Of a stretch of 64,000 bases of DNA, positions 51,739 to 64,000 are shown piece after piece. The stretch comes from Nageia nagi. Taxonomy: Eukaryota; Plantae; Pinophyta. Every line of letters begins with the position of its first letter. Position 1 is the first letter of the stretch. The stretch lies in assembly GCA_050084985.1 (NCBI GenBank), contig JBITNC010000002.1:12214001-12278000 (forward strand), written 5' to 3'. Both the position numbers and the translations under genes were made by a program. A model generated the notes under the pieces. The model had not been told where the DNA came from, did not search any database, and saw nothing but the letters and a program-made list of their open reading frames with translations.

Positions 51739-52229
51739 TGTCATCCTCATAAGATAATATTATATTATATATAATATCAATAAAATAGCATATACTATCA
51801 TTTAGGTTAAGATAATTAAAATAGAAAAAGGGGTACATATTTTAGGTGTCAATAGTTACCCTCTTTGCAAGTGTAATAGACTTGTCCATGTAATTACACA
51901 TTACAAAGGAAAATAATCATCATATGAAAAGAGAGAGTATATAATAATTATTTGAATAGAACATGGCGATAGCATTGGGTTGTCCATTTTGGATGGTTAT
52001 TTGATTCCTCTCATTGCCTTGGTTTTTGCAATGATGAGCTTCAAAGAGAGTCGAAGAAATCAAGGCAAATAACCTACAAAAGACGATAAAAAATAACATG
52101 TCCTAAATATCCTATATATATAATGCATTTTTCATTATATCATCATAGCATAATATCATAAGGGGGGTGCTTAATGCCCTATGCACTAATGGAAATGAAA
52201 ATGAAAATGAAAATGATGGCTAGTACTCA

Positions 52230-52390
52230 AATCAACAAAGTAACCAAAACATAAGTGATAGTTAATGCCCCAACCAACATAGGGAGTGATGGTTAATACC
52301 TTAACCAAAAAAGGAACCAAAACATAAGTGATTTTTAATACCCCAACCAAAAAAGGGACCATAAAATAAGTGATGGTTAACACCCCAACA
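52230..52390. repeat. Imperfect tandem repeat (AACCAAAACATAAGTGATGGTTAATACCCC-like)
   Basis: About four imperfect units visible. Confidence 0.6.
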
Positions 52391-53049
52391 ATCATCACAA
52401 TGATCCTGCCATTGCAAGTACCCTTTTCCCTAGGTACCATTAGGATTAGCATATGTAAAATTAGAAGAGAAAAAGATAGAGAGATATAGAAAATGACACA
52501 TACACTTACCATTTTGGATGAACTTTATGCTCCTAAGGATGTTCTTTCTTGAATTATAGGATAAGTATTATTATCATGGATACGCAATGCAAATGTTGAG
52601 AGGAACTATAGTATTGATGATAAATACTTTAGCTTTCTTGATTTTAAAGTTTGCATAAATATAATTAATGATGAATACTTTAGGTTTGTATCTTCACTCT
52701 TTGTCAATGAAACATGATAAAGATTATTGGACAATTTTTTTCCAATAGTAAATGCATTTGGGTGGAAACTCCCTATCTATACTAGAAACGAGCTTTCTTT
52801 TATGAATAAATTACATAAAGGACTCATAAATTTTAATCTCAGACTTGACAATGATTTGAAATAAGGGTTGTTCACAAATACTTCCTAGAGTTAACACTTG
52901 GGAATTGGAGACCAATTTGAGCTAAAAAATTAAAAAGCAAGGATAACTAACTATTGGGTAAAATTTGAACTAAAAATATGAAACTAGCATAATCTAGGCT
53001 GCAACTTATCAAATATAGAAGGGCTTAAAGTGCATAAAATTACTAGGAT

Positions 53050-55500
53050 ATTTTTATTATTTCCCCTCAATGGCCTACAATTTGTAAGCATCCTTAACAA
53101 AATTGGTTGCTACATAAAAGGTCCAATCCAATTGGACTCAAATTTTCTTATCTTATCCTCATTTCTGCATTGGTCTTATGATCCTTAACGACCATATCTC
53201 TAAATTTGAACTCCTTTGGCTTGATCTTATTACTTTAGGATATTATTATTTTGTTATAATAGATCCTAATATGCTTTAGAGCATTCACTCTTTTTTCATC
53301 AATAACTTCTAACTATCTTAGTTTTTCCACTCTTTTGTCCTCTTCATCAATGATGCCTTCAAGATAAATTCTCAAGGATGACATTTCAAGCTTTAAGGAA
53401 ATCACAACTTCATCTCCATACATATGAGAATAAAGAATACAACCTGTAGCTGATATTATGCTTGTCATATATGCCTCTAAATCATATGATAATTGCTTAT
53501 GCTAATCTTTACCATATACCTTGCAAAACAAATTTGATAATAATTTTATTTGTTGCTTTAGCTTAACCACTACATTGGGAATAATCGGGGTAAAAGAAAT
53601 TTTGTTGAATATGGAAGAGTTACTAAAATTATTTCACCACTTTATCTCTTAGATTTAGACCATTATTCATGAAGAGTTTTGATGGCACTCCAAATCTGGC
53701 TATGATATGATCAAGTAGGAACTTGATAATTTGAGGGCCTTTTGAGGATTTTGCAGGAGCTTATTCCACCTACTTTGTGAAGTAATAAATGGTTGTGATG
53801 ATGAAATTCTTACCCTCCATTTATTTTGGATAGATCACTATAATGATATCAATTTTCCATATTAAGAATGACAAAGGAGAGACCATGTATGGAGCTCTTA
53901 AGATGGAGTGAATTAAAGGTTAGCATGATTTTGATATTCCATATATTTCTTAACATGAACAATGCAATATTTCTCCATGGGTGGCCAATAGTTACCCAAT
54001 CTAAAATGCTTATGATAGTTTATCTTATCATTGAAGTGGCCACCACTTATGCCTGCATGAACATATTCCATTGCTTTCTCAACATCATTAATGAGAAAAC
54101 ACCTAATAAGGGTACATTCAAATGACCTCTTATATAAGACATCTTAGTGAGAACATATATAAAGTGATATTTCTTAGCCTTATCCTTTAATTATTGTCAA
54201 TTCCTTCAAGAATTATTCCATATTTGATGAAAGCATAGATGTATTTATACCAAACATCAAAGGGAAGCACACCAAAGGAGAAAGAATCATGATAGATAAA
54301 ATTTGAACAAAGATGCTCATCAATAAAATGAAAAGGCTTTTGTAATTTATTAGTGGTAATTATGGTATCCTCATCTTCAATAGGAATAGGAGTCAAAGAG
54401 GCATCATTTTCCATGGAATCAACATACTTATTATAATTCCTTGAAATGCTAAATATTTTGACTTTAACAAAATATCTCATGATCAAATCCTCAACTAGCT
54501 TTTTATAAAGAATAAAATTCTCACCTTTGTTATTGCACATACCTTTAATATGATTTGTGATCAATTGAGAATCATTATAGATATTGATGTTCTTTACCTT
54601 GAGCAAAATAACAACCTTGATGCCCAAAGCCTCATACTTAACCATATTATTTATATAATCGAATATAAGTTTTTAATCCATTGGGATAATTCGAATTTAA
54701 AGAGGTATCAATACAATACTTATCATATCCCCTTTAATATACTTTGAACCATCAATATAAAGATTCCATGTATCATTTTTTTTATCAACAAAAGAACTAA
54801 ACTTATCCAAAAATTGGTCATGAAGAGGAGATGAATCATTACATGCAAATTTCTCTACAAAATTTTCTATAACTTGACCTTTAATTAATTTTTGATAAAT
54901 AAAAAAAATATTAAATTCTTGCAATAATATCACTTATTTAGCAACTCTACCTTGAAGATTAGGTTTGGAAAGAAGGTACCTTAGAGAACTAGTTTAGGCA
55001 ATTACATATGTGATTTTATTGATCATGTAATACTCAATTTTATTGTAGCAAGGAAAAGTCTTTATATTGAATTATACCTTGTCTTATAATCTAATAATGT
55101 ATTTCTAATATAGTATATTTCTCTTTCTTCCTTTTCCTCACTTATTCGCGTAAGCATTGACCTAAAGGCTTTCATTGTTGCTAAGACATACAATTTCAAA
55201 GGCTTATAATGATCAAGAGAAAATAAAACAAGAGAATTTAAGAGATACATTTTGATTTATTAATATCATTGTTAACATTTCTCATCCCAAATGAACTTTA
55301 CATTATTCTTAAGTAAATGAAAGTAAGGAGTACTCTTATCAACCGATTGAGCTATGGAGCTTTTTATAGCTTGCACCTTTACTTAAAAATGTCTAAGCTC
55401 TTTGTGGATCATTAGAGGAGGAATTTTTGATATGGCCTTGAATTTATTTTAATCAACCTCCATTCCTCTTTTCAAGATAATGTATAGACACCTAAAAGTG
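53050..55500 (-). mobile_element. Ancient Gypsy (Tat/Ogre-like) pol remnant with additional RNase H
   Basis: ILLQEFNI...IKGQVI, WNLYIDGS, YEAL..., DSQLI, and downstream integrase-like remnants; strongly AT-drifted. Confidence 0.7.
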
Positions 55501-57837
55501 ATTTTCTATTTATTACAAAATCATATTTATGGTATCTAGATGAAATATTATTTAAATTATGTAAATATTAAGATTAATGTGCTAATAATGGAATAATGAA
55601 TGCTAAAAATTCTTAATAATTATTATGTCTATAATTATTTTTATATTCTCATTATTATCTTATAACATCAACTAATGCTCTTTTTTGTTAGTTTGCAGGG
55701 TATATAAGGAGGAGAAAGGCATGCTATTCCTAATAAGATCTAATCTTAATAGGTTGACTAGGACAATAACACATATCTTCCTCAATGTTTCTTAGAAAAA
55801 CCTATCCAAATTGGATATTTTAACTCTAGAGTTCTTTAATACTTTATTTTTTATGTGCATTATATGATTTTCTAACTACAACATCATTAGTGATCTTTCA
55901 TTTTGTAAAAAGAATGTCAATATTTATATTTTGATATAATTGGAATGACATTTCTTAGTGATAATTAACCTTGACCCAAGACATTATATATCTATATTAT
56001 GTTCATCATAGATTTGATCCAATCCCATTGCTATCCAAGATCTATCATTTAAGGATTGACATCAAAAAAAGTAAACTACTCCATTGTTATTTACTTTGGT
56101 TAATTATTTAATGGTGTTGTATCTTAGCATAATTTTATCTTTATAACTCATATGTATAATTTAATTATGTTTATTTATTAAGCATAATTATTTTTATTGT
56201 CTACATTTTGGTGAATCAACTACTTTGAAAGATCTAGGCATTTTTATCTTTTAAAACCCTAGATCTATAATTTTGTTTTTGAAAAAATTGGTGGTTCACT
56301 TTATTAAAAAAATCAAAATCATAGGTGATGATAGTAAATAATTTTTTGAGAACAAGTTGAGCTTATTGCATGAATTTTCATCAATTTCTCTATAGGTTTT
56401 CAATTTAAAAATAAAATATTTTTTGCATAGAACCCTAGATATTGAAAATTATTTTCTTGAATTCAAGAGGTTCTAGCATCATAAAACTTTTACTAAATCA
56501 TAGATAGATATACTAGAAAATTAATTTTAATTTTTCATGATCTAAAATTATATATTTCATCATATTTCATTAATTTTTTGTTTAAACTCTAAATATTGCA
56601 TTTTATCATCGCTAATAGAGGTTACTTTCATGGATTATGGAATATGTTATGTGATACATTTAGATTTTATAATATATCAAATCAAGAATAAGAAATGCCT
56701 AAAGTAAATGATATGTCAATCATAGATAATCATTTGAATGATAATGATAATGCAAATGATAATTATACTACTAAAATAGATTATAAGGAATACTTAAATC
56801 TAGATCTTATGGATAAATATGATATTTCTCATATTTTATTTGAAAATTTACTAGTTATGAGTCAACTAATGAAAATTAAAGAACATATATTACCTAATCC
56901 TTTTCTATTAGGTATTAACATAGATCCTGATCTAAAAAGACATGTCATGAATTAAAAGATCCTTTTGTAAGAAATCATTATATACAAATAATTTAAAGAT
57001 AAAATTCCCTTAGTACTGACAAAATCAAAATCACCATTGTTCTAGTATAGATTAAAAAATGATAGCTTTAGTTCAAAAAGTATAAATAGTTCAATAAATA
57101 CAAACTAAAATCAAAATAATTTAGCAATATCTTAGTAGGTCTCAAAATATCAATCACAATAATATGAAAAAGAAGAATTAAGAAGAGAAAATTTAAATAA
57201 GAAAGAGGATCAGGTTCTTATTTAATTTTGTAAAATTAATAATAAAGGAAATTGGTCAACAAAAGAATATGTAATCAAACTTGAATTCATTGATTAAATA
57301 GTGAAAAGTAAGATATTTTGTAAGGAATTTAAAGGTGAGCAACAAGAAATTATTTATTTTAAAGAATAAATGAGAATTCAAAAGAGAAATAGAATATGTT
57401 TATTTTAATATTTAAAGGGAGACCAAAGAATTGAATATGATGATAGTACTGGTGACTAGACCATTGAATAGCCTCTTATAAATTATCATTTTATATAACA
57501 TCTTCCCTCCTACCCTATCAACATGCCATTCTCCTTCAACAACATATACACACTATTCATTAGCCTATAACAAGTAAATGAGATCAAAACATAATATGTA
57601 TTTTGTATAATTACATAGTTATAATATTCTTGAGTAAAATAATAACTATAGAAATAACAACCTTTACTAAGCTAAAGGTGACCACAACAAGCTAGACCAT
57701 AGAGAGAAATAACTGAAGGTTTCCTTCCACTGATGTAATATTAAAATAGATCAATCCATAAATAGAAAAGTATTAGCATAAAAGGTGTTAATAGAAAAGA
57801 TACTATAAATATTGTTATCACAAACATAATATTCCAT

Positions 57838-57890
57838 GATGTAGACATGGTTTCATCAACTGCAATGATTGGCTATAATAAGGATACCTA
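57838..57890 (+). pseudogene. Decayed PPR motif fragment
   Basis: DVDMVSSTAMIGY resembles the PLS motif DVVSWTAMIAGY. Confidence 0.4.
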
Positions 57891-58119
57891 GAGCTAGGAA
57901 ATCTTTTTCACTTAGTGCAATCAAACATATTAAAACATGTTATAGAAAAAATATTTCTAAAGCGTCACTCTTAAATTATATTCAACTGGAAACAATTTCT
58001 CATTAGTAATGTTTATAAAGAAGAAATATTCTCAAATCTCATAATGTCTCTCTAACTTGGAATAAAGATACATAATTGATTTGTCTAACATGGAAGAGTC
58101 ATTCATTTGTAATATTGCA

Positions 58120-60260
58120 TTATGAAGGAAATTTGAGTATGTGATTATTACCGTACTATAACTAAGTTTATCTCTAAGTTTGGTACAAGGGATATTGTTG
58201 TGAAGGATGCAAATGGATTCCATCTTTCAAATATACAAAATGTTCTTTTGGAGATAATTGGTGATGCAAACATGCATAACATGCCATATATTTTTAAATG
58301 TAAATACATTATTGATATGTAAAAATATGAAGAATATTTTAGCAATATCATAGTATCTTTTAAAAATGCACAAGTATATAAATAATGAACAAATCCACTT
58401 ATATGATACACGACATGCATATTATTCCATCTATTATGATAAACCTTTGAGTATGCATAGATTTCTATATTGAAACCAAGTTTATCTTGAATATTGTTGC
58501 AAGGGACATTGTTAAATTAAGGATGCAAATGGATTTCACCATTTCAGACATGAAAAATGTTCTTATGGAGATTATTGGTAATGCAAACATGCCAATTATT
58601 CTATCTATTTTGATATGCAAAATCATTACTAATATGTAAAAATACAAATAACTCCACTCATGTGAAACAAAAAATGCTTATTATTCCATCTATTGTAAAG
58701 AGCCTTTGAGTATGTGATGATTGTTATATTGAAACCAAGTTTATCTCTAAGTTTGTTGCAAGGGATATTGTTATGAAGGATTCAAATAGATTCCATAATT
58801 TCAAACATGCAAACTATTCTTGTGAAGATTATTGGTGATGTAAACATGCTTATTATTCCATCTATGTCAAAATGCAAATGCACTACTAATATATAAAAAT
58901 ATGAATAAATCCACTGATGTGATACACAATATGCATATTATTCCATATATTGTGAAGAACCTTTGAGTATGCAATGATTTCGATGTTGGAACCAAGTTTA
59001 TCTCCAAGATTGCTGCAAGGGATATTGTTGTTGAGCATACAAATAGAATCTATCATTTCAAATATGCAAAATGTTCTTGTGGAGATGATTGGTAATGGAA
59101 ACATTTCTATTATTCCATCTATTTTGATATGTAAATTTACTATTAATATATAAAAATATAAATAACCTTTGAGTATTGTAATACTATAATATCAAAATGC
59201 ATTATTAATATGTAAAAGTATGAATAAATCCACTTATGTAATACATAATATGCTTATTATTCCATCTATTGTGAAGAGCCTTAGAGTATGCGATGATTTC
59301 TATATTGTAAACAAGTTTATATCCAATATTGTTCTAAGGGATATTATTATGAAGGATGCAAATAGATTCCATTATTTCAAATATTTAGAATGTTCTTGTG
59401 GAAATTATTGGTGATGCAAACATTCCTATTATTGAATCTATTTTGAAATCTAAAATATGAACAAATCAAATTATATGACACACAAAATGTTTATTATTTC
59501 ATCTATTTTGAATAAACTTTGAGTATGCAATGATTGCCATATTGAAACAAAGTTTTTAAACTCTAAAATTGCTGCAAGGGATATTATTGTTGAGGATGCA
59601 AATGGAATCCATAATTTCAAACATGTAAAATTTTCTTGTGGAGATTATTGATAATGTAAACATGCTTATTATTGCATTTTGAAATGTAAAAATACTATTA
59701 ATATGGAAAAATATGAAGAACCTTTGAGTATGTGATGATTTCCATATTGCAACCAAGTTTATCTCCAAGGTTGTTGCAAGAGACATTCTTGTGAGGTATG
59801 GAAATAGATTCCATCATCTCAAACATGTAGAATGTCCTTATGGAGATTATTGGTGATGAAAACATGTCTATTATTCCATTTATTTTTAAATGTAAGCATA
59901 CTACTAATAAGTAAAAATATGAACAACTCCATTTATGTGATACACAACATGCCTATTATTCCATCTATTTTGAAAAACTTTTCACTATGCAATTATTGGT
60001 AAAATACAACAAAGTTTATCTCCAAGATTTTTGCAAGGGACATTGCTATGAAGAATTCAAATGGATTCCATCATCTCATACATGCATAATGTGTGGAGAT
60101 TATTAGTGATGGAAACATGCCTATTATTTGATCTATTTTAAAATACAAATGCTTTCATAATATATAAAAATATGAACCCAATAACCAAAATATTTGACTA
60201 ATGCACTTTGATAATATTTTTCTTGCATTATTGATATGCTTTATGAAGAACCTTTGAGTG
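58120..60260 (+). repeat. Tandem array of 8 (plus partial) ~200-320-bp units, each a PPR DYW-domain C-terminus plus 3' flank
   Basis: Units translate to a consensus like IVKNL(R/*)[41 protein letters not shown]. Terminal stops lie at about 58264, 58581, 58838, 59095, 59414, 59654, 59856 and 60109. Confidence 0.92.
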
Positions 60261-60512
60261 AATCTTATTTCATTTTTCCCAAGACATAAATAATTATACA
60301 TGCATTGTTGACCTTCTTAGTAATGTAAGAAAGTAAATCAAATTTTTTATGGTGGAAAAAATTACATATAAATACATAGAAAATTTGTAGAGTTGGAGAG
60401 ATTATCTTGGGTGATACAACCCTACTTTCTTTCCCACTATAGTGAGAAAATTAGAATTTTCTTTTAGTCTATTAAACACATCCAACAATTGCAATTAAAT
60501 GGTTTTTCATTG

Positions 60513-60635
60513 AATATTTTATACATGTATGCTAAAGAATATACAAGGCCCCAAAATTATTTAAGAAGATGCATGGTGAAAACATGTTTTTATGGACTAT
60601 AATGATTGTAAGATATGCTACTTAAGGTTTATCAT
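60513..60635 (+). pseudogene. Decayed PLS-class PPR motif fragment
   Basis: NILYMYAK.(fs)IYKAPKLFKKMHGENMFLWTIMIVRYA resembles NALIDMYAKCG.I.KA..LFDKM...NVVSWT.MI.GYA. Confidence 0.7.
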
Positions 60636-60949
60636 CAAATATTATGGTTGTGAAATCCTAGCTATGGATTTTCAAAAAGCCTATTATATGTTTATAGAGC
60701 TAAATTCTTGGAAAATGTTATACAATTGAAAACATACTGATTATTTAAAGATGAATATATTCTAATGTTCAACCATCACTACTCATTCAGTTCTCTTCAA
60801 CAATATCTCTAACCAATAATAAACAATGAACAAATAATATATCTACAATAATGGATCAATGACCTTGCGTTAACTAGCCATTAATACCATATAAGTGGAT
60901 GGTGATGTTCAAAAGCATGCAAGATGACTTGTCATCCTTGTAATATGTG

Positions 60950-61400
60950 ATAAGGGATAGATGCATTTTGTTTATCCTTCACATGAAATACATTTATCCC
61001 CTAGTAAAACTAGGTAGGGATTTTTAATGGGGGATAAATGGCTTGGATTTAAGAGGGTATAAACACATTAATTTTGTATAAGGGGTAAATACATTTTGTT
61101 TATCTTTCATAGGTAATATGTTTATCTCCTAGTAAAACTAGGTACATATTTTTAGTAGGGGATAAATGAATTAGGTTTAAGAGGGGATGAACACATTAAA
61201 TTTGTATATGGGATAACTACATTATTTTTAATCTTAAATAAACACATTACATTTATATGGGGTTAAATATAATCTATTTATGAATGGATAAATACATTAT
61301 GCATATCTAAGGATAAGCATAATGTCATTACTAATGGATAAATACAATGCATTTATCTTACCTAAAATAATGTGTTTATCTTCTACTAAATGTAATGTGT
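60950..61400. repeat. ~125-bp duplicated unit and GGATAAATACATT-type subrepeats with internal inverted symmetry
   Basis: TTTATCCCCTAGTAAAACTAGGTA...GGGGATAAATG occurs at ~60993 and ~61120. Confidence 0.6.
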
Positions 61401-64000
61401 TTATATGTGCATTCATCATACCCCATGCATGCATATCATTTACAATGACTTTAAGCTAGTAAGTGTGTAGGTCCTCATCATTACCAAATATGATGACTCA
61501 AAATTGTATGTACAATGAAATGGGACTTTTGTAGCCTTGGCTTTGATGCTTTTGATTTCAAGTTGATTGTTACTTGAAACCTTTTCAAATCGTTAATGGA
61601 TTATGTTAGAAATTATATAATTTGTAAAGCTTATTGATTTGTATTTTTGATTGCAAGATATTATTATTAATAATCATGTGATATGTTGAGGTAAGCATTT
61701 ACAATAAATTGAATTCTCCAATTTTATTATGTTTGTTTAATATTTGAAATTCATATTTTTAATTTAATATTAAAATTTTAAAATCATAATGTCTGATGAA
61801 AATTTGATTGGAATAAAATAATAAAAATTATAATATTTTTCATGGGAACTAAAGTAGAAAATAAGATGTATAAAGTGGAAATCAGGGTAATACACCATAT
61901 TTCTCTAAGTAGTAATGTAGTTTTTATTATGAAATTTCATTACATGTATGCAAATTAGTTGTTTATATATATAGGTTACACAAGGCTCCTCATGCTTAAA
62001 TATTTTATTACCTAAAATCTTAGAGTTGAAGATAATATTGATGGTTGAAGCTAAAGAAAAATAAAATATAATATAATAATAAGACAAGAAATCATGATTA
62101 AAAAACAATTAAAAAAATGATCTCATCTCTATGTACCTTCACACATTAAGTGATGTTTAACCTAAATACTTCACATTCTTATAAGGAAAATACTTAGTTT
62201 GGAAGTTGTCATTATACTTCAATTTTTTTTCACAAAATGCAATAATATAATTAGCTCTCATTCATTGAAAATACCAACTAAAACTTCTATTTCAAGAATA
62301 TAAATATGAATTTTTATTTGAGTAAAATTGTAGACATTCCTTTGATTAATTAAAATGCAACATTATCAGTGATGAATAAATATATCAAGTGTACATTGTT
62401 CAAACTTAAGTTAGCATTATCATTACCAATTTATAATATATGGATTATCTTCTTCATATGAAATTTTTAAATACTTCTCAATGCAATATTTATTGAAATA
62501 TTCAAACAAAGAAATAAAACTACTCTCCCTTTACAATAATCCATATATTAAAAAACTCTTAATGAAGCCTTTCAATGGTCCTAATTTGATTTAAATATTA
62601 ACATTTATATTAAATGAAGTCATCAAAATAATTATTTATGTGCTTAGAAGCTTATAATGAAAATGTCCAATTAATCTTGTAGCTTATCAAACATTCTTAT
62701 TTGTATACCAAATATATTCAATACCCATTTCCATATTCCTATGCTATTGGGCAATGTTTTCTCCCATTTTCAAATATGATACACCAATCTAGTATAATAA
62801 ATTCTTTACTTAGGTTATTCTATATTAATATTTTCATATCTCTAATTAGCTAAATAAAAGATCCAAATAAGCCTATTATCCCATTCCTACTTTAAAATAA
62901 TTATTTTTATGTTTTGATTTAAATATTTTCTCTTTATTAGGTTAATGATAGTTTTAATAAATTCTTCCTTCCAATGTAAATCTCATCATCATCATACTTG
63001 ATTATTGACCTTGTATAGAGAGACTATTTATGTCATACAATATGCTTAATGGATTCCATTGATATTATTCCAAGCTAAGCATTTATCACAACAAAAATAT
63101 CTTTCCAAAATATTATTTTACTTTTTCAACTCCCTTAACATAGCTTCACAACATCATACTCATGTTAATAGGTAATGAGAATAATTATAATGAAAATATC
63201 AAAATAAATATTGATAAAAATGAGAATTTGATAAAAATCAAAATGATTTCAAATGAAATAGTTCCATAAGTTTTATTCATAAAAACAAAATAAGTATATG
63301 AAATATTCTTATAATAAAAATCATTGGGGTGGGACTTTCATACTTTTAAGATGTCATGACTGATACCATTGATGTTGATCTCAGAAATGGAGAGCAACTA
63401 TCTTAAATTATCATTGGTTAGTCATTTTCAAGGATCACATTTGAAGGGATGACTTAAAAGTTTTTTGAAGGGTAAATTTTAATGAAGTCCTTCTTGAATG
63501 AAGGTTTAAAAAATATCATACCCTTTATTTGAAATGTATATTTTTAATTAAGATACATATGCATATATATAAAAAATTACCTTTCTAAATTCTAATGGAT
63601 GTGATTTATCAACTTAATATCACCTACCAAATTTTCAAAAGAATATTTAAAAATAAATAATTAATAAGAAAACCAACATGAGTAGTTCCATATCCAAAAT
63701 AGGTAATATAGAAATTAAAATAGATTGTCCAAATGTCAAAATAGGTATTTCTAATATAAAAAATGAGCATATGCAAAATAAAAATATATAAACCTTACAA
63801 CAATATAAGTACATCTAAAATATGAAGTAGTAATGAATGAAAGGTCTAAAATCCTAAATAGATTCTTTAAGAGTTAAAGCAAGTATCTTTAAAGTTGAAA
63901 TAGATTCTCAAAACATGAAATGGGAATAAGAGAAGCCCCATCTTACTATACATGAGTGGAAGACATATTCAACCCAAAACCTTGTAATTCAACTACAAAA

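Noticed and set aside
59220-59414. Stand-alone functional DYW protein
   Set aside because: It lacks the HxE catalytic motif, CxxC is mutated to CDDF, there is no targeting peptide, and it is one unit of a decayed array.

Overview
Plant nuclear DNA, AT-rich and dominated by transposons. The 6-17 kb TE-filled introns suggest a gymnosperm or another giant-genome lineage (inference). The only intact-looking host gene is a minus-strand, probably plastid-targeted TruB-family tRNA pseudouridine synthase. Seven exons were reconstructed by hand (43939 to 8435, all GT-AG, frame-consistent); its last exon(s) were not found in the window. The introns hold nested Gypsy, Copia, hAT, LINE, TRIM and solo-LTR elements. 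Two structures stand out. (1) In intron 3, a non-autonomous chromovirus-like LTR element (24163-32415) has its gag-pol replaced by a same-strand, partly in-frame mosaic of host gene fragments (TOC159-family M-domain, CSI1/CSI3, TPLATE and an unidentified piece), later split by a hAT transposon. (2) Upstream of the gene, an apparent ~260-bp satellite (58120-60260) is a head-to-tail array of 8 copies of the C-terminal part of a PPR DYW deaminase domain plus 3' flank, bordered by decayed PPR motifs. All protein family calls come from my own motif recognition, not database searches.
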